A stretch of 64,000 bases of DNA from Octopus sinensis (GCF_006345805.1 NC_043008.1:29202001-29266000); one strand, 5' to 3'. Counted from the stretch's first letter, positions 42,344 to 58,833 are shown. The notes: generated by a model from the letters alone, not told the origin. Translations and numbers: made by a program.

Positions 42344-42344
<1 letters not shown>
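42074..42344 (-). mobile_element. SINE family A, internally deleted copy with tRNA-like head
   Basis: Minus-strand head GCGCAGGAGTTGCTGTGTGGTAAGTAGCTTGC...GGGTTCAGTCCCAC (A/B-box-like); several body blocks are missing relative to 42519-42900. Confidence 0.85.
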
Positions 42345-42383
<39 letters not shown>

Positions 42384-42430
42384 TTATGGATATACATGTA
42401 TATATATATATATTATATATATATATCTAT

Positions 42431-42480
<50 letters not shown>

Positions 42481-42518
42481 ATATATATATGTATATATAT
42501 ATATGTGTGTATATATAT

Positions 42519-42602
42519 CTCTTCTACTAGAGCCTCGGGCCGACCAAAGCCTTGGGAGTGGATTTGGTAGACGGAAACAGAAAGAAGCCCGTCGTATATA
42601 TG

Positions 42603-42636
<34 letters not shown>

Positions 42637-42898
42637 AGTGTGTGTGTATGTGTGTGTGGTGTGCGTGTGTGTGTGTGTGAGTTTGTATGTTTGTGTTTCT
42701 GTGTTTGTTCCCCCAACATCGCTTGGCAACCAATGCTGGTATGTTTACGTCACCGTAACTTAGCGGTTCGGCAAAAGAAACCGATATAATAAGTACTAGG
42801 CTTACAAAGAATAAGTCCTGGGGTCGATTTGCTCGAATAAAGGCGGTGCTCCAGCATGGCTGCAGTCAAATTACTGAACCAATGAAAGAGTAAAAGAG

Positions 42899-42900
<2 letters not shown>
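42519..42900 (+). mobile_element. SINE family A, head-less copy with central TA/TG microsatellite
   Basis: Best-preserved body in the window, ending in GAGTAAAAGAGTA tail repeats; used as the reference for the other copies. Confidence 0.9.
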
Positions 42901-42939
<39 letters not shown>

Positions 42940-44004
42940 AGTGACAGAGAGAGAGAAAGGGAGAGACAGAGAGAGTGAACAAAATATTAATAAACAAAAA
43001 GGACGAGTGAGTGAATGGCTGAAATGTGTATGAAATACGGTAAGATTGGATGGATGTTAGTATCAGTTGTATGTGTGTGTGTGTGTCTGTGCCTGTGTGT
43101 TGATGTGTCTGTGTTTGTGTGAGTTTGTGTGTGAGTCAGTGTGTGTGTAACAATGTGTTTATGTGTGTGTGTGTGTGTGTGCTGGCTTGAGCGAGTGTGT
43201 GAATATCCTCTCTTTCAATATGCATACGGGTGCGAATGTGTGTGCCCGTGAGAAGGAAGGGACAGAAATAGACAGAAATTTATATATACTTGTAATGAGA
43301 CACACGCACACATAGCACACATACACATACACACACATACACACACACACAAACACACAGAGATATAAAGTGTGTATATATACTGTGTATATAAGAGAAG
43401 AGGGGATGCTGCGTAACAGTCAGTTAGAGAGATATACGACAAATAGAAAATAAACAATAAGTTATCACATAGAAAACGATTGACAGAAATATATGTTGTG
43501 TGTGAGTGAGAAAGATAAAGGGAGGAGAGAGAATGAGAGTGAGAGAGAGGGGAAAAGAGACAGGGTGAGAGAGAGAGAGAGGAGAAATACACACGGAATG
43601 AGAGACAGAAAAAGGCAGAGATCGACACCGAAAATCGGAGAGAGGCAGAGGAAGAGAGAGTGTGCGAGAAAGAGAGAAAGAAAGAGAGAGAGTGAGTGAG
43701 AGAGAGAGAGAAAGAGCGTAAGAAACTCATTGGAAGAACGTGTGTCTGAAACACCAACAGTGGGATATTTTTAGAGGTCGCTCTATAAAAGATGTGTTGG
43801 AGTGTTTGTGGCAAGCCGGTTTCGCATCAAACTACCACGGAACATATTATTAACAACAGGGACTATCATCGACATTTATAGCAAGTCAAACCAGGAGTAT
43901 TTACCGGAGATATTAAATAACACAAGAAAGAGAAAATAATATATATTTATATATATATATATATATATATATTATTATTATTATTATCATTATTAATATT
44001 ATCG

Positions 44005-44056
<52 letters not shown>

Positions 44057-44466
44057 GTCCTGATATTTCTTTCCTTTGTATATTTCAAATGAAATGAAGG
44101 ATATGAAAAATTCGTTCAAATTCATATTATATAAAGCAAGCTTGTATAAAATGTACACAACATACACTTAAAACACGCGCACAGAGCTTATGCATACGTG
44201 TGTGTGTGTGTCTCACTCTATACTATATATTTACATACATATATATATATAGAAATCTATCTGTCTGTCGCTCTCTCTCTCTCTCAACACACACACACAC
44301 ACAGACACACACATATGTACATACATATGCACATGGTACGTGTATATGCGTTCATATATTCACATATGATTAGATATCAGATATACGGCACAACTAGATA
44401 CTTGTAGCTGTAGGATTGTACACACGCTCATTCACATACACATACAAAGACACTCATACACACCTG

Positions 44467-44506
<40 letters not shown>

Positions 44507-44830
44507 GTATACTTAGACAGAAACACGCACCTGTATATAGGAATACATATACATGCATATAAACATGCATACGTATACATATACGAATTCATACATATAC
44601 ATTTAAGTATACATGCATATGCATATACGCATACATCTATAAATCCCTTTCCTTCTACTTTTACACATATACATATACATACACACACACACTCACGTAC
44701 TCATATTTTCCGTTGTTTATTGGTCACGCTCTACAGTAATATGTATATGCACAAACAGACAAGTATACATATATGCTTACAATAACACCTAAAAACACAT
44801 ACATATATATTCATAGCGAGTCTTTCCATC

Positions 44831-44904
<74 letters not shown>

Positions 44905-46314
44905 TACATACATCTGCATTCCAGGAAATGGGTACATGCATTAATTATATATAAATTCGTCTCTGTCTATCTGTCTGTCTGTCTGTCTCTCTTTCTCTCT
45001 CACACACAGTCTCCCTCTCTCTCTCTGTCTCTCTCACACTGATATATAATATATATATATAATATATATATATATAATATATATATATATAATATATATT
45101 ATATATATATATATATATGCCGTATAAATGAATGCACACACGGAACCAGTTCCATTCTTGAATAAAATAATACAAATATATATATATATATGTATAGCAA
45201 CATGTATATAGTTATAAATATTCTCTAGATATACACATCGGAGCGCGAGCTTGCATAAACGCATACATCCATGCGGGAACACACAGAGCCACATACACAT
45301 ACACGCACATACACACACAGACACATACGGATACACACAGACACACACAGTTCAACACACATGCACACACCCACACATGGGGATGTATGTACCCGGGGAG
45401 GGATGACTGTAAACAAATAATTGTCGTCATACACAGACATGCTTATACATTTATACACGTAGATATAAAGTTGCTTGAATTATAGAAAAAATAAAAATAA
45501 ATAAATAAATAAATAATATATATATATATATATATATTTTTTATATATATATATATCTATATATGTATATATCTGTGTGTATAAATATATGTTATATTTA
45601 TATATTCATTGATTGAGACGCGTATATGTATACCGAACCATCGTCGAAAAAGAACACACACGCACCAGTACACGTAGATTTAAACATACTTGTACGTAGT
45701 TTTTAATATACATTCACAAAATATATTTCCATATATCTCACATACATTCACAGATACATGCAAAAATCTTACATAGTTGTATTGATGCGAATACAACACA
45801 TGCAGGTACGTACATAAACATAACTCAGTGCGCGCGCACACATACAAACAATACTAGTAACCCATGTCTAACACGCGCATAGAAAGGCATGCACACACAT
45901 AATAATATGAATAGTTTGTCACACACGTACTAGCCCTCCTACATAGACAAACGAACACGCACACACGCACAGACGTCTGTAGACGCACTGATACAAAAAC
46001 ACCCGTATATACCAATTTCCCAGTGTGGGTATTATAGAATTGCGTTTACATTAAGTTCTTTGTGAGTTTAATACTACATACATATACACGCGCACGCGCC
46101 CGCAGACAAATCGGTATATGTAAAATTCTATTACACACGCACGCATACACAAACACACGCATGTATATATGCTCGCTCTCGAAGGAATTTAATCCAAGAA
46201 AATAAAATACACGCAAACAAATAGAAAATACACACATTCATACATAGACAGACACATACATACATACATTCATACATACATACATACATACATACATACA
46301 TACATACATACAAC

Positions 46315-46360
<46 letters not shown>

Positions 46361-46981
46361 TATATATATAATATATATATATATACGTGTGTATGCATGT
46401 ATACACACTCACACATTTATCTATGTAAAAAAAGGAATTAATGAGGAAGGATAATGTTCAGATCTAACAAACATCTTGAATCACGGAAGTAAGAAACCTA
46501 AAATACTATGCACACGCCATCTTCGGGTACTAAATTTTTAAATGAATGAATATACCACACCTCTGCTTCGGACTGACACTTTTACCGGATGTCAGACCTC
46601 ATTGCAAATATTACAGGTAAGTGTCTAAAGTATTAAAGTCTATTTCCTCGTTTTATAAGAAAAATAATTTTTGAAATGTACGTCTTTTGCTTATTGATAT
46701 AAATTTTATTGAATTTTTCTTTTTACAGTAAGTTTTTTATTAATATCTGAAAGATTTATTCCGCAATCGTCATATATGTATGTATTTCATTAACGTGTCA
46801 TCTTCCATAGAATGCTATTAGCGATGAAAAAAAACAGATTAAAAAAACAAAAAACAAAACTAAACTAATAATATCTTTTTAAATGGTTTACCTGGGGATA
46901 ATGGTATAGTATATTTTAAAATATTCCTCAGAAAAAAACGATAAACTAATACAAAAAAATGTGAGTGTGTGTATGTGTGTG

Positions 46982-47060
<79 letters not shown>

Positions 47061-47358
47061 TATATTATATATATATATATTATATATATATATATATATG
47101 AGAGTATGCATGCTTATGTGTGTGTATGCATGTATGTTTCTAGTTGTACATTGATAAACAGACACACTAAAAGCGTACGCTTGGGTGTGGGTAGACCAAT
47201 CATATATATATATATATATATATATACCACACATGCTTGTGTGTTTCAATGTCGGTGTATGAATGTGTGTGTGGGTGTGTGATGAATACAAGTACATATG
47301 AATATACATATATATTTGTATACATGAATGCACAGACAGACCACACACACACACATAG

Positions 47359-47393
<35 letters not shown>

Positions 47394-47880
47394 ATACATA
47401 CATCGCTCTATCTCTATATACATATATATATATATGCATCTTACGTATGTATATATATATATATATAATATATATATATAATATAAATATATATATATAT
47501 ATATACAAACACATATATGTATGCCCATTTTTATATGTAACTACTCACGCATATATACACACACATGTGTGTATATATGTGAGTGTATACATATATATAT
47601 GTATGAGTGTGCATATAGATGTGTGTGTGTGAATGAGTGTGTCGAGTGAGATCGAGTGTGTATATATCTTTGTAATTGGATGCACATATATATACTGAGA
47701 ATGCATGTATATGAAGATGTAGAAGGAAATATTTCGGTGTGAATTACATGTATATATTGGTCCCTGGAAGTCTGACATCAATGTCATTTCCATATAGATA
47801 CAAATATCTTCTTGTATGGGTGTGAGGGAATGTCAATGGACATATTCTTATGTGAGTATATTGAGGTATATGTCGATGCA

Positions 47881-47926
<46 letters not shown>

Positions 47927-48080
47927 ATCTATCTATCGATCTATCTATCTATCATCTATCTTCGATCATATCTTTATCTATCTATCTATCTATCTATCTA
48001 TCTGTCTGTCTATTTGTCTGTTGTCTGTTGTCGTTTTTCTGTCGTCTGTCTCTCTGGGTCTGTTATTCATCGACCTTATC

Positions 48081-48114
<34 letters not shown>

Positions 48115-49097
48115 ATATATATATATATAATATATATATATAGTATATATTATTAAAACACACACAGAAAAATCGACCACATATGTGTTTGTGTGGTATG
48201 CATATATCTATGCATGTGTGTATTACATTTCTTTTGTATTCTAGTAGTTCTACATATGAATATATACGTATATCATATATATATATAAATATATATATAT
48301 AATATTTATATGTATATATTAATATACGTATGTTAACATATATCATATATATATATATATGTGTGTATATATATTTTATACATATATGTACTATATATAT
48401 ATATATATCAATGTATATACATACACACATATACACACGTACGTACACACAGAGGCTCATAAAGACACACATATATACCACTTTAAATATGTTATATTGT
48501 TGTCTTGGTATTCCTATATGTGATTATTCAGATATCCAGTTACAGAAATTGTCGTGAAAAGTAACATCCAAGAAATGCATGCAACTAACGGACACGCTAA
48601 CGCACACATACACACACACGCAGACTCACTCACACAGACACATATACACTTACATGCACAAGCACATACACACACATATATACACACATATATACTCCAT
48701 TTCCAATCGGTTTTGTCTGTTTCATATATATGTATATGTATATACATACATATATTGTGTGACAACTATATTTGTGTGTGTGTTTTGTGAGGTGCAGTGA
48801 GCAAAGGTGTGTCACTCTTCTCGTGTGTGCTGTGCATGTATCTGTATGCATGAGTGTGAGTGTATGCATCGATGTATGCATATGTGTAAGTGCATTTCGT
48901 GATTTCATTGCAATCCAAACTCGGAGTAACAGTTGTGAATATACTCTGTGCTCTGTCGCATAATGACAGTCTATTTCGATTCTGTGTATTCTTTTCTTAT
49001 TTGCTTGTATGTATGTATGTATGCATGTACACACACACATACATACCCACACACATAGATATATACGGTTAGAAACACCCACACACATATAGCCGCA

Positions 49098-49128
<31 letters not shown>

Positions 49129-50419
49129 TGATATATATATATATATATATATATAGATATATATATATATATACACACACATACATACATATATACTCTC
49201 ACAAACACAAAAATAAATACACATACATACACACATATACATAATACATACAAACATACATACATATGCATATATAAAAAGACAAATGCTGCGTATTATT
49301 TTCACACATGCAGATTTGTACATAGCCACACCCGTATACGCACACTGAAGATACATATTTCACTGTACTGTACAGCACACATCATACAATACAGTATACA
49401 CAGTCAGACGCACAAATAAAGATAACACTAATGGATTGTGGAAGGTGATTGTTTGAGAACATTTGCGGGCCGTTTGAATTAAAGCAATGTTTAGAGATAA
49501 ATAATTTTTATATGGTCTTCATATTCGTTGTAAGGGTTAAGCATTTTTGAAAGGGAACATTGTATTATTTCTGACACAAGCGAACAACTGCGATATTATT
49601 TTATCGAGTTCCATCCACAAAAGTGAATGAAAAATCGCCCAGAATGGGTGTTGAACTTGGACTCAACTGGCGCATAACTAAATATAGTTAATCATTTTGT
49701 TCGATGCACTGAACTAACAGTGAGCTAACAAGTTTCTGAAATCAAATTTTTTGTGAGGAAGAAATTTTTCGAATCCTTCGACCCATTGTTTCACTAGTAC
49801 ATAATTTCATCTACACCAAAGGGCTGGAAGGCATGATGACCTGGGTCTCATTTGAATTCGGAATGTTAAGATTTAGCACATATATCGCGAGACACTTTTT
49901 CCGACTTTCTACCAAATAAATGCTTTTAACTCTTAACTCTTTTTAAATTAGGCTCAAGGCCACGAACTTGGATGAGTTAGTTAAGTAAATCGACCTGATC
50001 TTTGGTTGCATATTTTTCGACAAACAATTATGAAAGTTAATGTTCATCTCATCCGTATTTGAACTTTGAACATCAGATGTTGGTAATATGATAAACAACG
50101 ATTATCTGTAATATTTCCTTACATAAGCGTGGCTGTTTCCAAAGTTATGTCTGAGTATATTGTATTAGATGAACATAAAATCTCAACTGGCTCCTAGCTT
50201 TTTAAACCCTAAATGATTAAATGAGAAGTTGTATGCGTAAGTACGTGGCACTATAGGGAGTCTATATCGATATCTGACTTGTTCTAAAGTCAAATGTAAT
50301 GTTAAAATGTCTTTCAACGAGAAAACATATAAAAACGCAAAGTCCCAAACTCAAAACTTTTGCTGCTGCTGCTGCTGCTACTACTACTACTACTACTACT
50401 AGTGCTGCTGCTGCTGCTG

Positions 50420-50459
<40 letters not shown>

Positions 50460-51190
50460 TACTACTATAATAATGATAATGTCGAGAATTATAATATTAT
50501 AAGCAATAATGATGATAAATTCTGGCAGGGGCACAAGGCCATGAATTAAGAGAGAAGAAAAAAGTTGATTGCACATGCACAATATTCAGTTGGTTCTTTA
50601 TATTTATCCACCTGAGAAGAATGTAAGCTAAATTCTCACTTGGCAGGAGTGGATCTTACACCACAATGAAGGCAAATACTGCATATTATTGCTGATGTTA
50701 CTGACAGTAACACTACAATTGCCACTACGTTATTTACATCATCAATACCAAAAGGCAATAGAAATAAAAAAAATGATAATATTGACAATGATGATGATAA
50801 AGATAGTGTTGAAGATGTTGATGATTTATTTTATTGAGTGCAAAATCCCTAGATTTTGAAGACAATATGAAAAGATGAAATGCAGAACACAAAAGATGGT
50901 ATTTACATCGACCATAAGGAAATCAACAAGAAGAATCGTTTTTAATATAGCATATACACACACACACATACAAGCATATATATATATATATATATCTATA
51001 TATATATATATATTATATATAATATATTATATATTATATATATATATTATTGGTGAATTGAAGAAATGGAGCTGAACGCAGATTGAACAGAAATCGTTTT
51101 ATTTCATTCTACACGTGTTTCGAAAGGCACAAATTACCAAATCCGATTGAATAATGGGACAATTATATATATATATATATATGTATGATC

Positions 51191-51254
<64 letters not shown>

Positions 51255-51391
51255 TATATATTATATATATACATGCATATATGCATACATATATATGGTG
51301 TGTGAGAGAGTGTATACAAATATGGATGCATGTGTATACACTCTCATACATACATATATATATATATAGTATTGGTATGTAGTATATATAT

Positions 51392-51443
<52 letters not shown>

Positions 51444-53639
51444 GAAGGAGCTCTACAGGACCTAGAACTGTTTCATTCAAGAGAAAATCATCAGAAGCTC
51501 CTCTATATAATAAATTAATTTACTCTGCTATGTATTGAGTAGCTTATTTACTGTGGTTCCCCCGAATCAACCCGGGCCTACTATATATACTATATATATC
51601 TATTAATATATAAATATATTATATACTATATATATATATAATATATATCTATATATAAGTTACAATTGCAGTTGATATAAAGATATTTTACGATAAACGT
51701 AATACTGAAACGGAACACAACCACTAAGAGTATGAAGAGAAACTTCTGAAATATACATATCATCGTATATTGATAGCAATAATGTAAATGACATTATTGG
51801 TAAATGGATACTATATTTGAAGAGTTCGTTGCGTATCTCTGTGGGCAGCGTCATGGTTGGTGTGACATATCGAGCTGCAGTATATCGCAAATAATTATTT
51901 TCTTAGGACGAGAAGGTTAAAACTTATTGAGTTGTATGGATTACAGAATTAACCACAGATTAGTACCGACACAATACACCACAGATAATTACATTATCAG
52001 TGTAAGTGTTAAGAAGAATAATGCCAATAATATTACTTATAATAACGCCTCTGGGGACAATACACAATAACATGTATAAATCTATATTCAATACACACAC
52101 ACACACACATATATATTATATTATATCGTATTATATTTTATTATATGTATATATATGTATGTGCGTATTTATGTATATATAGTTTCCTTTCTGTGTGTGG
52201 TGCATATATTGTATATATTTTATACCATTGAAAGGCTTGTCTTCGCGAATGTATTTAAATAATCTGATAGAAAGCATCATCATCATCATCTTCATCATTG
52301 TCATTGTCGTCGTTACAATTATTATTGTTGTTGTTATTGTTATTTTTGTTATTATTTTTGTTGTTCTCGTGGTTCATAGAATTGTTATTATTATTCTCAT
52401 TATTTACATCATTGTGGATGCTGTTCTCTACACTATTCTGCATTTCATCTCTGTACATTTAAATCACAATTGTATTGTGAAAGATGAGGAGCCCTCTCTA
52501 TGTCATTCTCTAACCATACGGCTCTAGATTTTAGCAAGAACATGAAGATCAAATCTCATCCATATGATTCCTCATTTGAATTTGAGGTCCTCATGTAGAT
52601 TACTCTGTATAACTCAATGCCATATGCTGCATCCAGTTTGGTAGCTTATATAATATTGTTCTATTTTGGTGTTGATACTTCCTGTTACATATTTATAAAA
52701 GAATCTACCATTTTTGGATTCATTTAACCGTTTTCCAAGAGCCATATATTCCTAGAAATTCTTGTGTTCTCATTTTTCCAGGTTTCGCATTGTGGCCAAT
52801 ACATTTTAGGTTCATTCTAAAATCTTTGGTAACCACCTTCACCTAATTCCTTCATCATATTACTGCTTCTTCTCCTCTTCCGCCTCCTCCTCCACTTCCA
52901 CTTCTCTACCTCCTCCACCTTCTCTTCCTCATCACCCACCCTGAAACAGATAAATCATATTAACCATTTTTAAAGCAATTACTTTCAAATTTGTTTTTAT
53001 TCTAAGAATGGTTCGTCTAAATGAAGATCATCTATAGCTTCTCCGTGCGTGGTCTTCTGTCAATTTCAGGAACCCCATCATCATCATAATCAGGATCATG
53101 ATCATCATAATCATCGTCATTATCATCATCACGATCATCATCAGTCTACGTTGTCGTGTTTGTCGTCATCATCACTATCACGATTTGATTATTTGTGTCT
53201 TATTTTAAACATAACTTCAAAATACGCACAAAGGATTCAACAACTATATCAGTTCTGTCGATGGATCGTCTCTAAATGTAAGACCGTTTGGTCATAGCTG
53301 CAGTAACGGTTTGACATCGAATGTCGTTCCTCGGAGTTGAATTGGATCTGCAAAACAACAACAGCAACAACAACAACAACAACAGCAAAAACCTTATCAT
53401 TTCTTTTCCCCTTTCAGATCCTTCTGACCAATTCTTTCTTCTGAATTGTAAGGGTTTATGAAGGAGGATATTATTATTGTTGTTTATTTAATTACTTATT
53501 ATTGTTGCTGTTATTGTTGTTGTTGTTGATGTTGTTATCATCTTGGAATTTCGCTCCCATTGTTTCTATCGCTTTAGACATTACGCGCCTTCATGTAACC
53601 CCACATTATATCACATGTCATATTGTACTGTTTTGTCAT

Positions 53640-53688
53640 GTACCGTCCCCGATCTGACTGTGAACCGTTAGTGGTTAATAAAGAAATC

Positions 53689-53726
<38 letters not shown>

Positions 53727-54042
53727 CACCATCATCAAAATCGCTGTCATCATCATCACCGTCATTATTGCTATTATTAGTGATCGTCATCACAAAAATA
53801 AAAATTAAAATAAAAGTACAACTAATAATAACAATAATAGTAGTAGTAGTAATAGTAATAGTAGTAGTAGTAGTTTTTGAAACGTTAATTACTTGTTATT
53901 ATTGGTGTTTTTGTTATATTGAAGTCTAGTTGTACACAGTTGTTATTACTGTACATCATTATTTAATCAATATGACAAAGGACGTCACAGCCATTGTTAC
54001 CATGAAAATACTAGCAGCCATCCCAAACACCATCGCAACCAA

Positions 54043-54073
<31 letters not shown>

Positions 54074-54163
54074 TTCATCGTCATCGCCATCGTCATCACC
54101 AAACCAGCACCATCACCACCACCATCACCATCATCAACATCATCGTCGTCGTCATCGTCTACA

Positions 54164-54229
<66 letters not shown>

Positions 54230-54754
54230 GCCAACAAAAGTAACAGCAACAAGAATAACAACAACAGAACGCAGTGGCAGCAGCAGCAGCAACAACAACC
54301 GCAACTATAGCATGAACATCAACATTAACAACTTGTGACAACGCTGTTTCTATGACTCCACAGTTGTATCCACAGTTGTAAATTTTACAATTAGTGCTTC
54401 ACCACCTAAACTACCACCACCACCACCACCACTACCACCACAATGACCATAATCATCACCGATTGCACCACCACTACTACAATCACCATCACCACTGCCA
54501 CCGACACCAAAACCTATAATATAATCAACATGACATGTTTACACCAATTACCCAAGTAACAAGGAACTGTGAAGACTGGATTGCTTTTGAATACATATCT
54601 GCTCAGTCAGGCCTAACCTAGGGCTAAGAAAACACAGCAGCAATACTTAATCAATTCATAAAATTTAGAACTGGAAAAGAAATTCAAAACAGACATATAT
54701 AAACCTATCACAAGTATTCAAGTATTTCATATAATTTCATGCGATCAATAACTC

Positions 54755-54792
<38 letters not shown>

Positions 54793-54963
54793 CTGTTGTT
54801 GTTGTTGTTGTTGTTGTTTTTGAAACGTTAATTACTTGTTATTGTTGGTGTTTTTGTTATATTAACTACTACCACTACTACTACTACTACAACAACCACC
54901 ACAACCACCACAACCACTACTACTACTACTACTACTACTGCTGCTGCTGCAACTACTACTAAC

Positions 54964-55020
<57 letters not shown>

Positions 55021-55036
55021 CAACAATAATAATAAT

Positions 55037-55083
<47 letters not shown>

Positions 55084-55306
55084 TAATAAAAGTAATTTCA
55101 AATTTTGCCACAAAGACAGCAATTTTGTTTTTTGGATGAGTCGATTACATGGACCCCAGCTTTCAACTGGTATTTATTTTAACGACCCAGAAAGGATGAA
55201 AGGCAAAGTCGTCCTCGGAGAAATTTGAATGCAGAACGTAAAGCCGGATGAAATGCCGCTAAGCACTTTGCCCGGCGTGCGAACGATTCTGCCAACTCTC
55301 CGCCTT

Positions 55307-55355
<49 letters not shown>

Positions 55356-55470
55356 TAATAATAATAATAATGATAGCAATAATAACAAGAACAACAAGAA
55401 CAACAATAATTTTAATAATAAAAATTATAATAAAAATAACACCAACAATAATAATTGTAATAATAATAAC

Positions 55471-55539
<69 letters not shown>

Positions 55540-55564
55540 TGTTTGTTGTAGTAGTAGTAGTTGA

Positions 55565-55608
<44 letters not shown>

Positions 55609-55616
55609 TAGTAGTA

Positions 55617-55648
<32 letters not shown>

Positions 55649-56582
55649 ATTTTCTGCAACTAATATTATCATCACCGTTACTGCCTGCCGATACATGAAC
55701 GGCATCGGAGCATTTTTAAAGAGCCACTAAACCTGCTAAAAATAGCAGACGAATCCCTACAAAGCACGTCTCTCTCTCGTGAAAGATTTGTTCCTGGTTT
55801 CCTTGGACATCGGGAAAAAGACAAGGATGGTTGCTGCACGAATGTCTTTATTAAATTTGTGTTTATCGAATTGGGCCAGGGGGTTAAATCTAACAAAAAA
55901 ATATTAAAAATCAAAAACCCTGCAAACCATTAATCGTCCCACCAATTAGTAAAAGTTTCAACCTAAAAAGGGCGAGAAACTCTCTAAGTGGTTGTTAAAT
56001 CTGCTAGAAATAGCAACTAAATCACACTTTGCCGTGAAAGAAAATTAGAACATGTATTTGAAAATGTAAATGGTCAATGCAAAGCGACTTGGGTGAGGCG
56101 ATAGCACCCATCTCGATATGCTTCGACAATAATATTGGCACAAAGATGGGAATTGTTTGAAAGTGCCGTCATTTATATGCGACAGTCAAGCTTCTAAACT
56201 CCTAACTTTGGTTTGGCAAAGTTGACATAGTTGGAGATTGAACATATATTTCATATAAATTCGACTAATTTTCAATCATCACGCACGTACGCGCGCGCAC
56301 ACACACACAAACACACACACACACACAAACACACACACGAATCCACATACTTTTCTTCTTACTTTTTATAGATTCGAAATGAAAAAATGGAATTAAGAAC
56401 AAGAATATTTTAATGCAACGTCAGAAACAAAAAATAAAAACAACATCAACAACAACCACTACTACTACTAGAAATAATGCTTCCACTACTACCACTACTA
56501 TCGCTACGTCTTCTAAAACACAACTACCACTTCAACAACTGCAAAAACTACAACAACTACTACTACTACTACAACTACAACG

Positions 56583-56616
<34 letters not shown>

Positions 56617-56670
56617 TACTACTACTACTACTACTACTACTATTACTACTACTACTACTACTAATATTGA
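53640..56670. repeat. Cluster of trinucleotide microsatellites (CAT, TAG, TAA, TAC, CAG, CAA)
   Basis: Many adjacent arrays; explains the poly-H, poly-Y, poly-T, poly-I and poly-L ORFs. Confidence 0.9.
55095..55306 (-). mobile_element. tRNA-derived SINE (family B)
   Basis: Reverse-complement similarity to 30731-30941, from AAGGCGGAGAGTTGGCAGAATC to GGCAAAATTTGAAA. Confidence 0.8.
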
Positions 56671-57963
56671 TGCTATTCATGCTACTGAAGCTGCTGGTGC
56701 TGCTATCGTTACTACCGAAGCTGCTGCTATGAATAAAAGCCGATCACAACTTTGTCAATAGGGACGGCAATGTTACAGAAGCAAGACGATGCATAGTTTA
56801 CATTGAAAATATATACACATATGTAGTTGTAGCACAGCTAGGGTCTGATTTAAATATAATCTATAGTCGTAGCACTAACTACTCGGGTGCGGAATTCTAA
56901 TAGATGGGAGTACTGAATGGATATTTATTTCCTGGTCAGCTGATAAGAGAAGTTTTTTGACCCTAAGAATGATATGGAAAGTTAATGTTGGTGTTGATAA
57001 ATTGAGGACCGTGGATAGAAGTGATTGTGTTGGTCTTTGATTGAATTGTATTCTACCCGTCATCAAGCCACATATTATAGCGATAGTGAATCGTCGACCA
57101 TATTAACCGATTGAAATTCACTTATTTCAGATATTAGGTTCTGTGTGTGATTAGATGAATAGTGGCCACTAATTGCAACAGCTTGAGTAAACACAGACAA
57201 AAAGAAAAAAAACACATTCAGCGAAACAGGTTTTTGCAGTTGTTTTTTAACCGTAGGTCAATTGGTCTCTAAGGTTACAAACTGGTAGATTCTTACTGTA
57301 ACGAACAAAATGATTAGTCACTTTTCTTCCAGGTCTATACTTCAACTTTCTGAGTTAAAATGTGAGCTTGTCGGAAATTTAGCTTCTATATCTAGCACGA
57401 TGGAGGACATGTAAGTGAACCAAACATACATTCGTTGAACTCATAACCCACTGCATGTTTACTACTTTTATAAGTTGAAGGTGAGAAAACAATATAAAAT
57501 TCAAAGTGTGTTTTATGATCAGTTACATATACAGCCGGATGCTTGGGATCGGATGAAATTACACACGCAACCTCTGTACGAATTTTATATATGTGTATGT
57601 ATTTTCCACATAAATGCAGGCATGGTACAGTGGTAAATAAACGCAATGGACTCTAAAAGTCTGTCCTTCATTAGAAAAGATCACCCCATAATTTAGAAGT
57701 GAAATTGACTAGACGTCGTGTGATGACCCATCGAACGGGTTATATACATAAATACATACATACATACATGCGTACGTATACAAAGACTGATAGACAGACA
57801 GACAAAAACACACACATGAACACACATACGTACATATAAGTATACACATACATTTCAAAAACAAAACATGGTGTGTATATGTACCGCATATACTGATAGA
57901 TGAATACAAATATACATATATACAATATATATATAATATATATATTATATATAATATATATAT

Positions 57964-58015
<52 letters not shown>

Positions 58016-58482
58016 TATATATGCATGTAGATTATTTATATATATACACACATATACATCCACACCACATACATGCGCTCTTATTTTGTGTCAACAAGTC
58101 CTCTAACAGTTCGATCTCCCCGTTAGATTTTGTTGTTAAATCTCCCTAAATACGTCCCCCATCTTATCTTCTTTAAACTTGACAGTCACATTTTGAAATA
58201 CATGTGTGTAAAATACAACAGGACTATACTTCTATGCATACTTACATATAACTAAAAGGTGATACAACCGGTGGCTGACTTACCTGCACAAGCCATTTCT
58301 AACACTGATTCCAACTAGGGAATATTTTAAAGAAGTCTCGACCGAATACTCGGCCATAGCGTCAATAATGAAATGAGAGAGCAACTCAATACATAGTACA
58401 ATAAACGGATACCAATTTTCCCTTTTGTTTTGACATTGTTAATGCTATATTCGTAGTTCGACGTACAGTAATCAAAAATATT

Positions 58483-58604
<122 letters not shown>

Positions 58605-58615
58605 CAATCTATCTC

Positions 58616-58653
<38 letters not shown>

Positions 58654-58833
58654 TTACACATATATATATATATATAATATATTTATATCTATCAACCTAT
58701 CTATCTATCTTTATCCGTCCTTCTATCAATATATCTATCTTACTATCTATTCTCGTACCTAGTTACTATGTCTCCCTTTCTGTCACCCACATCTCTTTAC
58801 ATATACACATATACACACACATATGAGTATGAT

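Noticed and set aside
46560-46622. TTACAG|GTAAGT as a recursive site or exon end
   Set aside because: No pyrimidine tract and no clear upstream acceptor; about 20 GTAAGT hexamers per strand are expected by chance.
52590-52800. Possible CR1/L2 LINE remnant (PHVDYS)
   Set aside because: The match is too short and degenerate.
53240-53347. Minus-strand acceptor and exon
   Set aside because: The acceptor is formed by a (CAA)n tract, all frames close and there is no donor.
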